Below are positions 10,969 through 22,249 of a DNA stretch of 61,519 nucleotides, one piece after another (the first letter of the stretch is position 1; each line of letters starts with the position of its first letter). The stretch is from a virus. Its lineage: Duplodnaviria > Caudoviricetes. The notes under the pieces are model-generated. The model saw only the letters and a program-made list of their open reading frames with translations, had not been told where the DNA came from and made no database searches. The position numbers and the translations under genes were made by a program. Where the stretch lies: positions 1 through 61,519 of IMG/VR virus record IMGVR_UViG_3300042862_000334; one strand, 5' to 3'.

Positions 10969-12222
10969 TTAAACTGCATAATAAAATACATTAGGAACTC
11001 CTTTTCCATTATCCTCTGTAATAACAAAACCGCTTTCAGAAGTGTAACCTAAAGATTCGCTAAAGAAATTGCCTGTAAAAAAACTAGGACAGTTCATTCT
11101 TCTGTGGTCTACCGCATCATCTTTAATAGTTTGATAACTGTCTCTTTGGTTTATGTTTAACTTTTGAATAATACTATGTAAATGTCCTTCACAAATTAAA
11201 TTATAATTACCTTGTACACCATAATCCCAACATAACTGTTTAGTACTTCTTTTACTTAATGCATGATGTCCATGTGTAAGAATGTGTGTAATTTTATCAA
11301 TAGTATGCGTAATAACTAAAGAATTAAATTCAACATTATAACCTAATAACTCTAATCCCCAGCAAACTAAATTTGCGGCTCCACCTTGAACATCTTCTTT
11401 GTTGTCTGACGTTGTTCGGTCATGATTTCCTGCTACAACTTTAACTTCTCCTAAATTTACTATTTTAGATAAAAAGTTATCGTGTAGAATTTTAACAACA
11501 AGTTTAACAGCTTCTGCTCCGACCATAGCTTTATCTAAACCTTTCCAAGTATTCTTGTGAGATAAACCTGTAAAACTTTCTATTAAATCCCCTAAGATAT
11601 GCACATGAACTGTTGAATAATTTCTTTCGTTTATATCGTTTACAGCTTCTAGTAACTTATTAGCTAAAATATCAATAGAGAAGTTTTTTGTTCTAATTAA
11701 GTTATCAACATACGAACCTAAATGCAAATCTGCTATTTTAACAACACCAATTTTATTTTTGGTATCTTTTGTTATAGGAGTGTATTTTACACCCTCAAAA
11801 CCTTTTAAAATAAGTTCTTTAAATTCTTCTTCTGTTACGGCAGGTTCAACTACTTCTTCATAGAACACTACATTATAAAAAGGGATTCCACTATGGCTAA
11901 TTAGTTTGTAACTTCTAATCTTATTTACATCTAATCCATAATGTGAACAGTACTGTTCTATATTCATTAAAGAACCGTCCTCTGAAATAGCTGTAAACCC
12001 TCTTTGTGGTTTTTCTTTATCGTTTGAATAGTTGTTACTATCTGTAACCGTATCATTCTCTAAATCTAAATCAACCTTTCCACTCCTAAGTAGCCTACTA
12101 AGTCTGTTTCGATATTTTTCAGAGTATTCAATTCCTAATTCTGTGCAATGTCTTCGACAAGCCTCTGAAATGTTTTGTTCTTGAGTGTAGTACTCTAATG
12201 CTTTTTCTATTTTAAATTCCAT
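10969..12222 (-). CDS. Calcineurin-like metallophosphoesterase with N-terminal extension
   Basis: Motifs DLHLG, LGDLIE, GNHDR, THGHH, GHLH. Confidence 0.8.
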   Translation of the reverse strand: MEFKIEKALEYYTQEQNISEACRRHCTELGIEYSEKYRNRLSRLLRSGKVDLDLENDTVTDSNNYSNDKEKPQRGFTAISEDGSLMNIEQYCSHYGLDVNKIRSYKLISHSGIPFYNVVFYEEVVEPAVTEEEFKELILKGFEGVKYTPITKDTKNKIGVVKIADLHLGSYVDNLIRTKNFSIDILANKLLEAVNDINERNYSTVHVHILGDLIESFTGLSHKNTWKGLDKAMVGAEAVKLVVKILHDNFLSKIVNLGEVKVVAGNHDRTTSDNKEDVQGGAANLVCWGLELLGYNVEFNSLVITHTIDKITHILTHGHHALSKRSTKQLCWDYGVQGNYNLICEGHLHSIIQKLNINQRDSYQTIKDDAVDHRRMNCPSFFTGNFFSESLGYTSESGFVITEDNGKGVPNVFYYAV

Positions 12223-12230
12223 CTATTTAT

Positions 12231-14709
12231 TTATTTAATTTTTATTCCCTTCAAATTTTCAAGAACCATCTTAAACTCTCTCATTATTGTATCTTCTAAC
12301 GGCTCATAGTCACCAGTTTCTTCTCTGTATTCTTGTTGCGAATTTTCACTATTCCACAAATCTATTTTTATATTGTGATTTTCGCCGAAAGAATTAAAAG
12401 AAACAGAATCTATAAGATTATCAAGTGTATATGAAAACCATACATCATCTCTCTCATATTTATTCCATAGTTTTTCGTTTAAGTCTTGTACTATTTCTAG
12501 GGGTGTTTTTTCTCTACTCATCTATTATTTATTTAATTCTAAAAATTCTTCTACTACTTCTTCAGTGTTATCAAATGCGTAAAACACATCTTCTTGCTCT
12601 CTTAACCAGTCTATGAATTCTATTAATAGTTCTTTTTTCATATTATAAGTTATTTAAATTAAAAATGATACTTTATCTTTTACTTTAAAAATAGCACTCT
12701 CTAGTTCCATTAAAGCATATCCTAAATCTTCTACATTACTGCCTTTTCCCATCATAAAGCTTTGGCTTTTACTATCTAAATAGTCGTCTATTTTAGTAGA
12801 CATTTTTTCTACATATTCTAAACTACTTTCTACAAAGCTGTCTATTTGTTCATAATCTTTTTTAGTCATTTTATAAAGTATTTAATCGTTTATTTAAAAG
12901 TTCAATTTGCCTCTTTATATCTTCTTTTTGCGCAATTCTGTCATTTTCTTGCTGTTCTAGTTGTTTTGCTATTTCTTCTTCCATCCAGTTTTCAATTTCT
13001 TTTTCGCCGAAACCTAAAACAGGAATAGGAACATAAGAAAAATCCCCTCGAGTAAAATCCTCGTAAGGAATTCCATCATCATTAAAAACTATAATACGGT
13101 CTTTTTCAACTTTGAAAGAATAGTGACTTAAAAAACTATCAAACTCCATAGTTAAATAATCCGAATTCATACCTAACAAAGATATATAACAATTTTGTTC
13201 TGAAAGTTCTGATTCTTTATCGGAAAGAATATTACACACTTCCCATAATTTTTTTAAATTAAGTATTTCCATTTTTATAAAAATTTTTATTTAAGTAGTG
13301 GCATTTAAATTGCATATCTTGAAACTTACCTTTACCTACTCTTTCATTTGTTTCAGTATCTGTTATGTACCAAAAACTGTTAATATTACCTTTATTTGCA
13401 GTATATTGAAACCTTCTTTTGTTTATTTCGGGCATTTCTACATGCTCTAAAATAATCTCTATCATAAATATCGTTTTTTAATTACTTTTGTCCAATAATC
13501 TGTTGTTACTTTACCTTTATCACTATGACTTGTCCAAACACAAGGGTGTTTTTCTTTTGCCTCTTTTAATCTTTCTTGCGCCGATTTAGATTTGTCTGTA
13601 TCGTGCTCAAACGCGAGGTAACATTCCCAAAAATGCATATCATCTTCTGGTCTAAAGATTAAAGCAATTTGATAACCAAAACAAACAAAGCTCCAAATAG
13701 GATTCCACTCATGTCTAAAAGAGTCGTATTTAGTTTTCCATCCTAGACCTACAAAATCAAATCCAAATTTTTTAGGGTCTGAAAATCTGTAGTTTAAATA
13801 CCTATCATATAGCTCTGAGAAAGACCATTCAGTTAATTTATAATTGCCCTCTCTTCTATTATGTTCTTTTATTCTTTTTAGTTCTTTTACCGCCTCATCA
13901 ATAGCTTTTTGCGGAGTTGCTTTTTTCCAGGTGCGGGGTAAAAATATAGGAGTACCTATTGCAACTTTTCCAAAATAAAACTTTAATTTGGGCGGCTTAA
14001 AAGGTGAAAAGTAAACAGACAGCCACTCAAAGTTTCTTAAAAACCAATATAGCTTTGAATATTTAAATTTTATCATTTTATATTAGTTAAAGGGTAACAG
14101 TTTAAAATATCTTCTTCATCTTGCTCTGTTACATAACCATCTCTCATATTATCAACAGCTTCTTTCAAAGCTTGTTCTACGTGATATTTAGCAAATTTTT
14201 TCATTGCGGTAAGTGTAACATTTCTATTAATGTTTCTTTGTTGTATATTGTATAAAAATTCTTCTGCTGTCATAATTTATCTCTATATTTAAAAGGGTGA
14301 TTTGATTCTTCTGGAATATTACTCATTCCTTCCATGTCTAATAGGTATAAAGCGTGCATATTATCAACAATAGTTACACCTTTGTCTTTAACCCTTTCGC
14401 ACACACTACAACTACAACCGTTACCATCTCTATAAACTACTTTTCCAACTCTATCTAAAAACCACTGTTTTCTTTTTTCGTATTCTGTCATAATTTATTT
14501 TCTTCTTTAAAAACGTTTAAATAATAATTAGCCGTTTCTTCAGACCAACTGCTCGTATTTTCTAATTCTTGGTTTTGTATTACCCATCTCCCAAACTTAA
14601 TAGCAAACTCTTCTGCTATTACTTCAAGCTGTTCTGCTACGTGTTTTCTGTTATAATCTTTATCAATCCAATCACATAGAGTATTAATAAAATTTTCTTT
14701 TATTGTCAT
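12231..14709 (-). CDS. Cluster of small hypothetical proteins (12231-12521, 12654-12869, 12871-13272, 13259-13465, 13462-14076, 14073-14273, 14270-14491, 14488-14709)
   Basis: Chain of overlapping start/stop ORFs. Confidence 0.6.
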
Positions 14710-14910
14710 TTTTATTTAATTTTTAGTTTACTACGTTGTAAATACACTAATTATTTTTCAATCTCGCAAATGTTTATTACTTTATTTCTATTTTCTGTTT
14801 TTTTGAGGTACTCCGTATTAACTTTTTGCGGGAAATTAGCAATACAATCTAAACAACAAAGTACAAATTTAGGTTTATAAGTTTTCCAATCTTCTCTTAA
14901 AAATATTTTT

Positions 14911-15825
14911 TTATCCATTATCTTCTAAGGTTAAAGGTGCTGACATTCCTAAGCTCTTCATATCTAAACAAGTTTTTTTATAAGATTTTGATTTCTGACT
15001 TAAATAATCATTATTTTCTATTAAATCAAACAAAATATCTTGCATTTCATCTTCTGTAAAATAACCTGCTCCACAATAACCCCAACCTAAAATACAAGTA
15101 CTTCTACAAATGTAGTGTCCGCTATCCGTGATTTTATTCATCATTGAAGTAAGTATCTTAATTATAGTTTGTCTTTCTTCTTCTGTCGCTTCTACTTCAA
15201 TTTTTTCTCCCGAATACTCTCTAAACTCATCTACTTTAATACCTCTTTTATCAAAGATAGCAGGTTCTTCCCTAATCAACACCTCTCTATCGTATGTAAG
15301 ATAAGCTGGCAGTGAGGGGTTTTGGGGTGCGAAGTCCATATTTTTAATATATTGCCACGAAGACATAAGACCGTAAAAATATGACTTAAAATCCTTAACA
15401 TCTAAAGCTACAGGAATACGCACAAGAACCTTAACACCTTTTTTAGAAACTGATAAAAATGAAGCTATAACAAAATCATAGGTATCAAATAAATACTGCT
15501 TTAAAGCTACAGCTACATCTTCCTCTAAATTGTCTATGTCAACTAAAAGAATACCTGTATAAGAAACTATATTTTCATATTTTCTACCTGTTCCGTCCAT
15601 TACACAACAAGGATTAAAATAGAACAGTTGGCTTTTTAATTTATCTTTTCGTTTTTTATCTCCAACTTTTGAAGCTTCTTCAATTTCTTTAAAGACCTTT
15701 AAGGTACTTTCTTTAGGCGACTGTATTGCGGAAAGCATTTCTTTAAGAGAGCACATTCCTAAGGGAATAGTTTCATAAACAGAACTTGGGTAATACTGGA
15801 ATTTAGTATCTAAAATATTATTCAT
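14911..15825 (-). CDS. VirE-N/BT4734-like primase-related protein
   Basis: LVDIDNL and FLSVSKKGVKVLV motifs typical of the Bacteroidota BT4734/VirE N-terminal family. Confidence 0.6.
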   Translation of the reverse strand: MNNILDTKFQYYPSSVYETIPLGMCSLKEMLSAIQSPKESTLKVFKEIEEASKVGDKKRKDKLKSQLFYFNPCCVMDGTGRKYENIVSYTGILLVDIDNLEEDVAVALKQYLFDTYDFVIASFLSVSKKGVKVLVRIPVALDVKDFKSYFYGLMSSWQYIKNMDFAPQNPSLPAYLTYDREVLIREEPAIFDKRGIKVDEFREYSGEKIEVEATEEERQTIIKILTSMMNKITDSGHYICRSTCILGWGYCGAGYFTEDEMQDILFDLIENNDYLSQKSKSYKKTCLDMKSLGMSAPLTLEDNG

Positions 15826-16519
15826 ATTTTTTTAAATCCTGTAGGAGCTGCTCCTAAAATTATACTTCGATATATTAACTTTTTATAATATTTTGATACT
15901 TTTTTAGTTTTTAAAATATCCCTTATTATTTCTTCTTGCCGCGAATCTTCTAAATAATAATTATTGAAAAAACCTTCTTTTTTAGATTTGCCACTTGCTA
16001 TTAATTCATCAATATTTGCACTTGGAGTAGCTTCTTTATATAATGCTCGATATATTTCCAACATTATTTCGTCTATTTTATTTGCTTTCATTTTTTTCGT
16101 GTTGTATGATACATTGAATATCTTGGATTATAACCAATAGGATAATACTCACCATTAGTGTGTAAAAAAGCGTCAACTTCAATCCAGTCATCAGTATTGT
16201 ATAAATTAGCCTCTATTTTACATCTCCTATCTTTATCGAATAAACATTTGATATACTCCCAATTTTCATCATCACAAGCCATACCTGCTTGACCAAATTC
16301 ATCTTGGTGTTCTTGAATCTCTTTAACTGTTCGATACTTAAAATCCCAAGGTAATAGATGTTCAACTCGCATTAACTCATTGCAAACTGATGATACCACA
16401 TACGTCTTTCTACCTAAAGCGTATCTAAAAGCACAAAATAAAACAATTTCTTGGTCTAACGATAAGGTTTCTTCAACCTCTACATATTTTCTTCCTATTT
16501 TTCTAAATAATTCTGCCAT
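15822..16519 (-). CDS. Two hypothetical proteins (15822-16091, 16088-16519)
   Basis: ORF track; the second has the AFRYALGR motif seen in phage hypothetical proteins. Confidence 0.6.
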
Positions 16520-16748
16520 AAGTATTTACATTTATTAGTTTCTTTATCAAAAGGTGGCTCTATAAAAAAAGATTGATAAAATTCATCTGCTTTCACCGTA
16601 TATTATTCTCTATAAATTATAAACCAATCTCTACTATTGCCTTTATCATAATGACATATCCACATTTTAGATTGTCTTATATATTCTATTTTCGGCGAAA
16701 AAAGCTTAAAAAGAAACAGAAAAATTACTGCCAAAATTAATAACTCTA

Positions 16749-16916
16749 TCATAACGGTAAATTTATTTTATGTTTTTGTATTGTTAATACTCTATAAGGG
16801 TCTTTACAACTAGTTTCTTTTAAATACTGAGATAGAGTTTGTACATAAACCTTAATTGTGTTTTGAGAGTAATTCTTATATCTCAATTTATTTTCAAAAA
16901 TTTCGAGAACTTTCAT
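16749..16916 (-). pseudogene. Internally deleted copy of the tyrosine recombinase (55 aa)
   Basis: Translates MKVLEIFENKLRYKNYSQNTIKVYVQTLSQYLKETSCKDPYRVLTIQKHKINLPL*. The first ~43 aa match the N-terminus and KINLPL matches the C-terminal KINLPI of 40833-41630. Confidence 0.85.
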
Positions 16917-16922
16917 CTGCTA

Positions 16923-16972
16923 AGTATTGATTTTATTAGTATTTTATTATAGTTGAGTATATATAATAGTTA
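16923..16972 (+). other. attI-like site of cassette array 1
   Basis: AGTATTGATTTTATT...TAGTTGAGTATATATAATAGTTA is shared with 41637-41686; identity stops right after the GTTA of the first cassette. Confidence 0.75.
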
Positions 16973-16981
16973 GCACCAATA

Positions 16982-17626
16982 CTACGAAACTGCACAACCG
17001 AGAACATATTGTCCTACATTTGGGTCAACGCAATTACGAATTATTTGGTCTTTTCTGTGTTTCATTTTATATTCTCGTAAATCAAAATAACCTTTTTCAG
17101 AACTTCCTCTTTGGTTGTGAGTTAATCCGTCTTTAATTTCAGTTTGTGGTATTTCAAAGTTTGCCCAAAATAAGTGTCTACCAAGTTTTGCAGTTGGTTT
17201 TACAAATGGTTCGTAATAAGGCTTTACATTTTCAACTACAAACTTTATATCTGTGTTCTTTGTAAAGTTCTGTAAAAAGGTTATTTCAGCCCACAATCTC
17301 ATATCAGGCATTACAGCATCGTAACTTCCGCTTTTACTTGCCATCATTCTTACTTTGCTATGGCTTTGGCAAGGTGGAGAACTCCATATAAAATCAAACT
17401 CTCTCCAATTTTTAGCCAAATAATCGTGTGCATCAGTAACTATTACATTATCGTTTGGGTGTAATTGCTTGTAAACATTTGCAATTTCTTCGTTGTATTC
17501 TATTGCAGTTACTTCTACATTTTCCCAATGTTTGCGGTTTCCTCCAATTCCAGCGTATAGGTTTAAAACCCGTACTGGTGCTAACATCGGTTTGGCAAAA
17601 TTGCCGTTTTCGTTTTCTTTTGACAT
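16982..17626 (-). CDS. C5-cytosine DNA methyltransferase (short form), cassette cargo
   Basis: Motif I VLNLYAGIGG, motif IV SPPCQSHS, motif VI VENV; start codon lies inside the attC-like site. Confidence 0.8.
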   Translation of the reverse strand: MSKENENGNFAKPMLAPVRVLNLYAGIGGNRKHWENVEVTAIEYNEEIANVYKQLHPNDNVIVTDAHDYLAKNWREFDFIWSSPPCQSHSKVRMMASKSGSYDAVMPDMRLWAEITFLQNFTKNTDIKFVVENVKPYYEPFVKPTAKLGRHLFWANFEIPQTEIKDGLTHNQRGSSEKGYFDLREYKMKHRKDQIIRNCVDPNVGQYVLGCAVS

Positions 17627-17696
17627 TTTATCTTAATTTAAACATTTGTAATTCTAATGAAGTTTTGTGTTCGGCAACTTCGCCAAGCCGTAGGCG

Positions 17697-17939
17697 TTAG
17701 GCAACATTTAAAGAAGCCCACCAAATATTAAACTTCTCCATAGCAATCTTTTCTGCATTTTTTCCACCGACACAATCTTCATAGTGATAAGGTGATTTAG
17801 TTTCTCCATCAGCGTGTCTTAATCCGCTTCTAATGCAGAAAAAACCAGCACCATCTGTAATTTCAAACCAATCTATCATTGTCATTCCAATCCCGAATTT
17901 AAATTCAGGTCGAAGTTTTAATATCTGTTTTTTAGTCAT
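17697..17939 (-). CDS. Hypothetical cassette protein
   Basis: Fills cassette 2; its TAA stop is the TTA of the GTTA core. Confidence 0.65.
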   Translation of the reverse strand: MTKKQILKLRPEFKFGIGMTMIDWFEITDGAGFFCIRSGLRHADGETKSPYHYEDCVGGKNAEKIAMEKFNIWWASLNVA

Positions 17940-18080
17940 AATAAACGTTGCCTAACAAAGTGTATAAGCAATAGCCGTTAGGCGTTTCAAACTATTGCAG
18001 TTGTTAATATTTAATTTTCTACATCTAATCAAGTTCTGTGTTCGGCTACTGCTCATACACTCGACCGTTATGTGTAATTG

Positions 18081-18893
18081 CTACCATTCCGTTCCAAATA
18101 AAGATTGCGCTTGTAAATCTTTTTCTTTTCTTTTTTCTTCCAACGCTTTTTTAATTCGTTCTTCAATCAAATTACAGTATTCATTTGATATTTCACTTCC
18201 AATCCAATTACGGTTGTTTAAAATACTCATTTTTGCAACTGTTCCGCTTCCCATAAAACAATCATAAACCAAATCACCTTCATTGCTCCAACTTAAAATG
18301 TGGTCATTTGCAAGTGCTTCTGGAAATACAGCAGGGTGTTCGCCTTTTTGTGGGGCTATATACCAATAGTTGTTTCTTCTGCTAAATTCCGCACTTGGTT
18401 TTCTACTCTCTATTTTATGTTCGCCAGTTACTAATCTTCTTCCTACTCCGCTTTTATCTTTGCCAAAAGAAGCATTTGGTTTGTCATAAATTAGATTTGT
18501 AGTATTTATTTTTCCTTTTGAAAACACGAACATATACTCAAAGTTTTGTGTATAGCATTTATTACTCCCTACTGCACCTCCACCATCTTTTATCCAAATC
18601 ATTGTGTCGTGTAAGTTGAATCCAATTTCTTTGAAATATAGTGCTTGTTTAAATGATGTTCCGCTTTCGTTTCCTTGAACAGTTGCATCCGAAATAACCC
18701 AAACTAATACCCCACCATCTTTGGTAATTCTAAACAACTCCTTTGCAATATCTTCAAAAGGGAAAGAATATCCATTGTAAGTTCTTAGTCCATCATAAGG
18801 TGGGCTTGTTACCGTTAAATCCACAAAGCAATCAGGCATCTTTGCCATTGTTTCTAAATTGCTTTCATTGTAATTCTTGTTTATATCAATCAT
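18081..18893 (-). CDS. N4-C/N6-A DNA methyltransferase (beta class), cassette cargo
   Basis: TSPPY precedes HPAVFP and DCFMGSGT; likely start is MIDINK at 18893. Confidence 0.85.
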   Translation of the reverse strand: MIDINKNYNESNLETMAKMPDCFVDLTVTSPPYDGLRTYNGYSFPFEDIAKELFRITKDGGVLVWVISDATVQGNESGTSFKQALYFKEIGFNLHDTMIWIKDGGGAVGSNKCYTQNFEYMFVFSKGKINTTNLIYDKPNASFGKDKSGVGRRLVTGEHKIESRKPSAEFSRRNNYWYIAPQKGEHPAVFPEALANDHILSWSNEGDLVYDCFMGSGTVAKMSILNNRNWIGSEISNEYCNLIEERIKKALEEKRKEKDLQAQSLFGTEW

Positions 18894-19086
18894 ATTTTTA
18901 AATTTTTCAAATTTATTTTTGCCATCGCTCAAAAAAGAAAAGAAAAAGTATTCCGTTTCAAATTGAACTTTCTGCTATTAAACCGCAACTACACATAACA
19001 AGGTATTTGCAAAATTGCCCACCAACATTTGTGCTTAATTTGAAGTATCTGCAAGGGCAACTTCGCAAATACCCAACCGTTATCAC

Positions 19087-19386
19087 TCAGCTTGGCGAGT
19101 CGGTTAAAAGAGATAACATTGCATCATATCCAAAAACCTGCTTTGTTGCTTCTTTTGTATCGTTTTCATCTGATTTTAGATTTAATGAATAGGAACTTCC
19201 GTAACAGGAAACCTTTTTATTTTCAGCATCTACTATACAAAATCCCGCAGAAACAGGATTTAAGTTTCTCATACTTGAATGCTCTACGAAACAAGGAAAT
19301 ATTATAATTCCGTTGTATTCTTTAATCTTAACATATTTTTGTTCTGTATTCATATTTAGTGGAATAAAAAGCCGAAGTGATAACAA
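19087..19386 (-). CDS. Hypothetical cassette protein
   Basis: Fills cassette 4; PVSAGF...GSSYSLNLKS pattern; start uncertain. Confidence 0.6.
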   Translation of the reverse strand: MLSLRLFIPLNMNTEQKYVKIKEYNGIIIFPCFVEHSSMRNLNPVSAGFCIVDAENKKVSCYGSSYSLNLKSDENDTKEATKQVFGYDAMLSLLTDSPS

Positions 19387-19523
19387 ATGATATAAAAGAT
19401 TTTCGGCTTGGTTTATAAATTTAATTTTTGGGTTTGTACTTTTTAATTTTGGTCTTAAACTGAAAGGTTCGGGATTTATCCTGCCGAAAAACCTCTCATA
19501 TCATCGACCGTTATAAGAAATAG

Positions 19524-19863
19524 CTACTTTACGTTTTCAATCAAATCTATTTCAACTCGATGTTTAGTATGTGAGTGATAAGAATAATTAGTCAATACTT
19601 GCGTTTCTGTTTTATAACCTAAACGGCTATCTTTTACCTTTTCAATTAATTCTTTTTCAAATTCATTTTCGGCGTGCAAAACTATCTTTGCTTTACCTTG
19701 CCATATTACTACCTCTGTTTTCATAATTCTATTTTGTTTATTTAGTTACTAATGTTGTTGCAAACCACATAAAGAATAATCTTGTATAGTTCTTACCGTT
19801 TACTTTATAAGTTGGAAATTTCTTAAAGCCCATCCATTGTGTGTGAAATTCTATTTTCATCAT
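19524..19863 (-). CDS. Two small cassette ORFs (19524-19724, 66 aa; 19738-19863, 41 aa)
   Basis: Both lie inside cassette 5; the second (MMKIEFHTQW...) was translated by hand. Confidence 0.5.
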
Positions 19864-19961
19864 ATTTAGTTTAAATTATCCGCTACTTCTTATAACAGCA
19901 ACTACAACTCACCAGCCGAAACTACTCACTGCATAGGCTGGCGTGATGTAGTTGCAAAACG

Positions 19962-20120
19962 TTAGAGCCGTTTAAGGGTGTTTACATTTACCGCAAAGAA
20001 TATTGCATTTACAACGATGTTGAGTATTCCGCTTGCAATTTTACCATCTACCAAAAAGTAAACACCCATACAAAATAGGATTACCTGAACAATCATTAGT
20101 GCTATTATGAACTTTCTCAT
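19962..20120 (-). CDS. 52-aa two-TM membrane peptide in the partial 6th cassette
   Basis: MRKFIIALMIVQVILFCMGVYFLVDGKIASGILNIVVNAIFFAVNVNTLKRL*; its stop is the TTA of the GTTA core. Confidence 0.55.
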   Translation of the reverse strand: MRKFIIALMIVQVILFCMGVYFLVDGKIASGILNIVVNAIFFAVNVNTLKRL

Positions 20121-20143
20121 TTTTAAATAATTTTTGTGTTTAA

Positions 20144-21800
20144 TTAATAATTTTCTTCAAGAACTGCCATCTGTAATTTTTCCAAAGCATTTTCGCTTAA
20201 AAATTGATAAACAGAATCGTCGTTAATTTTTACATCCATTATAGAGAATCCACCTTTGTAACCTGTTGTTGTGTCAGCTTTTTCATAATCTCCAATTACT
20301 TCAAAATTTACGTTGTCTAATTTAATGTTATGCGTTTCCATTGTTTTTGTTTTTTAAAACTTCGTTAGCTGACTTTTCTAATGCTTCCGATTGTAGTTTG
20401 TTTATAAATTGGTTCTTTAAATCTTGTTGTTTTTCTTCTGAAATACTATCTAATATTCCTGTTTCTACGAAAAACCTAAATACTTTTTTTTTGATTTTAG
20501 GCGGTTTCTAAATACTCTTCTTCTATTAACTTTTTTATATCTATGTCATTTAGGTCAGTGCAATCTTTTAATAGAGCTATAAACAGTTCTAATTGGTCTT
20601 GTGGAATTGCAAATCGCGCCAAAGAAAATGAAACATAGGGGAAACAGCTATCATCAAGTTCTACTTCTGCTAATTCACATCCAGAAATACCCTGCTTTTC
20701 GTGATAGTAAATATGAGTTATAGTATATTCATTATCTTTTTTAATCCATAAATGCTGTTTTATCTCTTGTGGCTTATTTTTGTCGTCTATGCAAATGACT
20801 TTAGGCTTGTTCATTTTCCTTTTTAAAAATTTCTAATAGTTGTTTTATGTTATATGTTTTACCATTATTAAAATCATCTTCACTTTTAGCATATTTATTG
20901 TTATCATATTTATGCTGATAGTATTTTTTATCAATAAATGAAGCAAATTTTATAGCAAAATCTTCAGCTATTTTTTCACATTTTTCAGCATCTAACATTA
21001 AGTAGTGCTTATTTTCATAATTAAATTGTTCTTTAAGATTCATAACTCTCAATTTTTTTTAAAACTTTTTTCCAATATTCTGTGGACTCTTCAATGTCAT
21101 TTACAAAATTCCCAGCATCTGATAGTATTGGTAAACTTGGACTTGCACTTATTATTTTTTTAACGGCGATTATTGCACATTGTTTGGCTGATTCTATATT
21201 TGAAGTTATCTCATAGCCGTCTTCACAACTTACCCAGCTATAATCTCTGAACATTTTTACTAATTCTTCAGCTTCTTGTTTTGGTGTTTTTATCATTTTT
21301 TAGGTCTTTTTATACAACTATTTTCAAAATCTAACAAATCTGAATCTTCTCTTTCAGCTACATAGTGTGGCAATTCACACCATAGACCATCATCATCAGT
21401 GCAATAATAATTGGTAAACTCAAATACCCCATTAAATTCTTTTACTTCTGGTTTACTACACCAACCAATACATCTGTCATTATGTGGATGATTTTCTTCA
21501 GGTGCAACCCAATCTATCCAATCTGGTACTCTACTCCAATCTATTTTCATAATTCTAATTTTAAATTTATTTTTTCGCGCATACGAGGCACGAGTGCTTA
21601 AAGATTAAAAAGACAGACTAAAAATAACAGCTTTTAAACCGTCTATAATCATGTATATAAGCAGTACTTCTTTCTTCCTGTCCTTCAATTAAAGGAGCTG
21701 TGCTACCATCAATCCATATTTCAAAAGCTTTCTGCTCTTCTACAGGTAGTTCATCAATGAAGATGTATGGTATCTCCGAACCTTCTTTATATATTTTCAT
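20144..21800 (-). CDS. Cluster of small hypothetical proteins (20144-20341, 20497-20814, 20801-21052, 21033-21296, 21293-21550, 21618-21800)
   Basis: ORF track; overlapping chain. Confidence 0.6.
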
Positions 21801-22249
21801 AACTTTTTTAAATTACAATATTGTTGATATTGTTTTTCTATTATACTTTCATCTACTTTTCTTTTTCGACCCATATTACGAGTTAAAGCCTCTTTTAAAG
21901 TTACATCAAAGTAAACTACTTCTGTAGGTACTTTAAACTTTTCAAAGTTTTTTTGGTACTCTATGCGTAAATTAGTTGCATCGACTATAACATCTTTTCC
22001 GCGCTTTAACCAAAAACTTATAAGATTATCTTGAACAGCTGTTATTTGATTCTCTAAATAATTAAAATCATTTCTACTGTAGTATTCTGATATTGTATCT
22101 TCAAGATATCCATAATGAGCCTCTCTTAACTTATCTCTATTTACGACAATATACCTTTCTGGATTGTGTCTAACTGTTGTAGAAGCAAATGTACTTTTCC
22201 CACTTCCACTAATTCCACATAAAATTATTATTTTACTCATGTCTTCCAA
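21797..22249 (-). CDS. Polynucleotide kinase-like P-loop protein (AAA_33)
   Basis: GISGSGKS, NRDKLR, VDATN, RNMGR. Confidence 0.8.
   Translation of the reverse strand: MEDMSKIIILCGISGSGKSTFASTTVRHNPERYIVVNRDKLREAHYGYLEDTISEYYSRNDFNYLENQITAVQDNLISFWLKRGKDVIVDATNLRIEYQKNFEKFKVPTEVVYFDVTLKEALTRNMGRKRKVDESIIEKQYQQYCNLKKL

Larger units (their letters stand above)
16969..20120. mobile_element. Integron-like cassette array 1 (5 complete cassettes plus 1 partial)
   Basis: Cassettes start at GTT 16969, 17696, 18067, 19079, 19510, 19961. AAC-hairpin-GTT sites at 17583-17698, 17954-18069, 18997-19081, 19382-19512, 19894-19963. Each cassette's left GTT-X is complementary to its own right X'-AAC. Confidence 0.85.

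Noticed and set aside
17583-19963. Hairpins between cassette genes as simple Rho-independent terminators
   Set aside because: Loops are long, U-tracts are absent, AAC/GTT ends are invariant, and the cassette-specific end complementarity is not explained by termination
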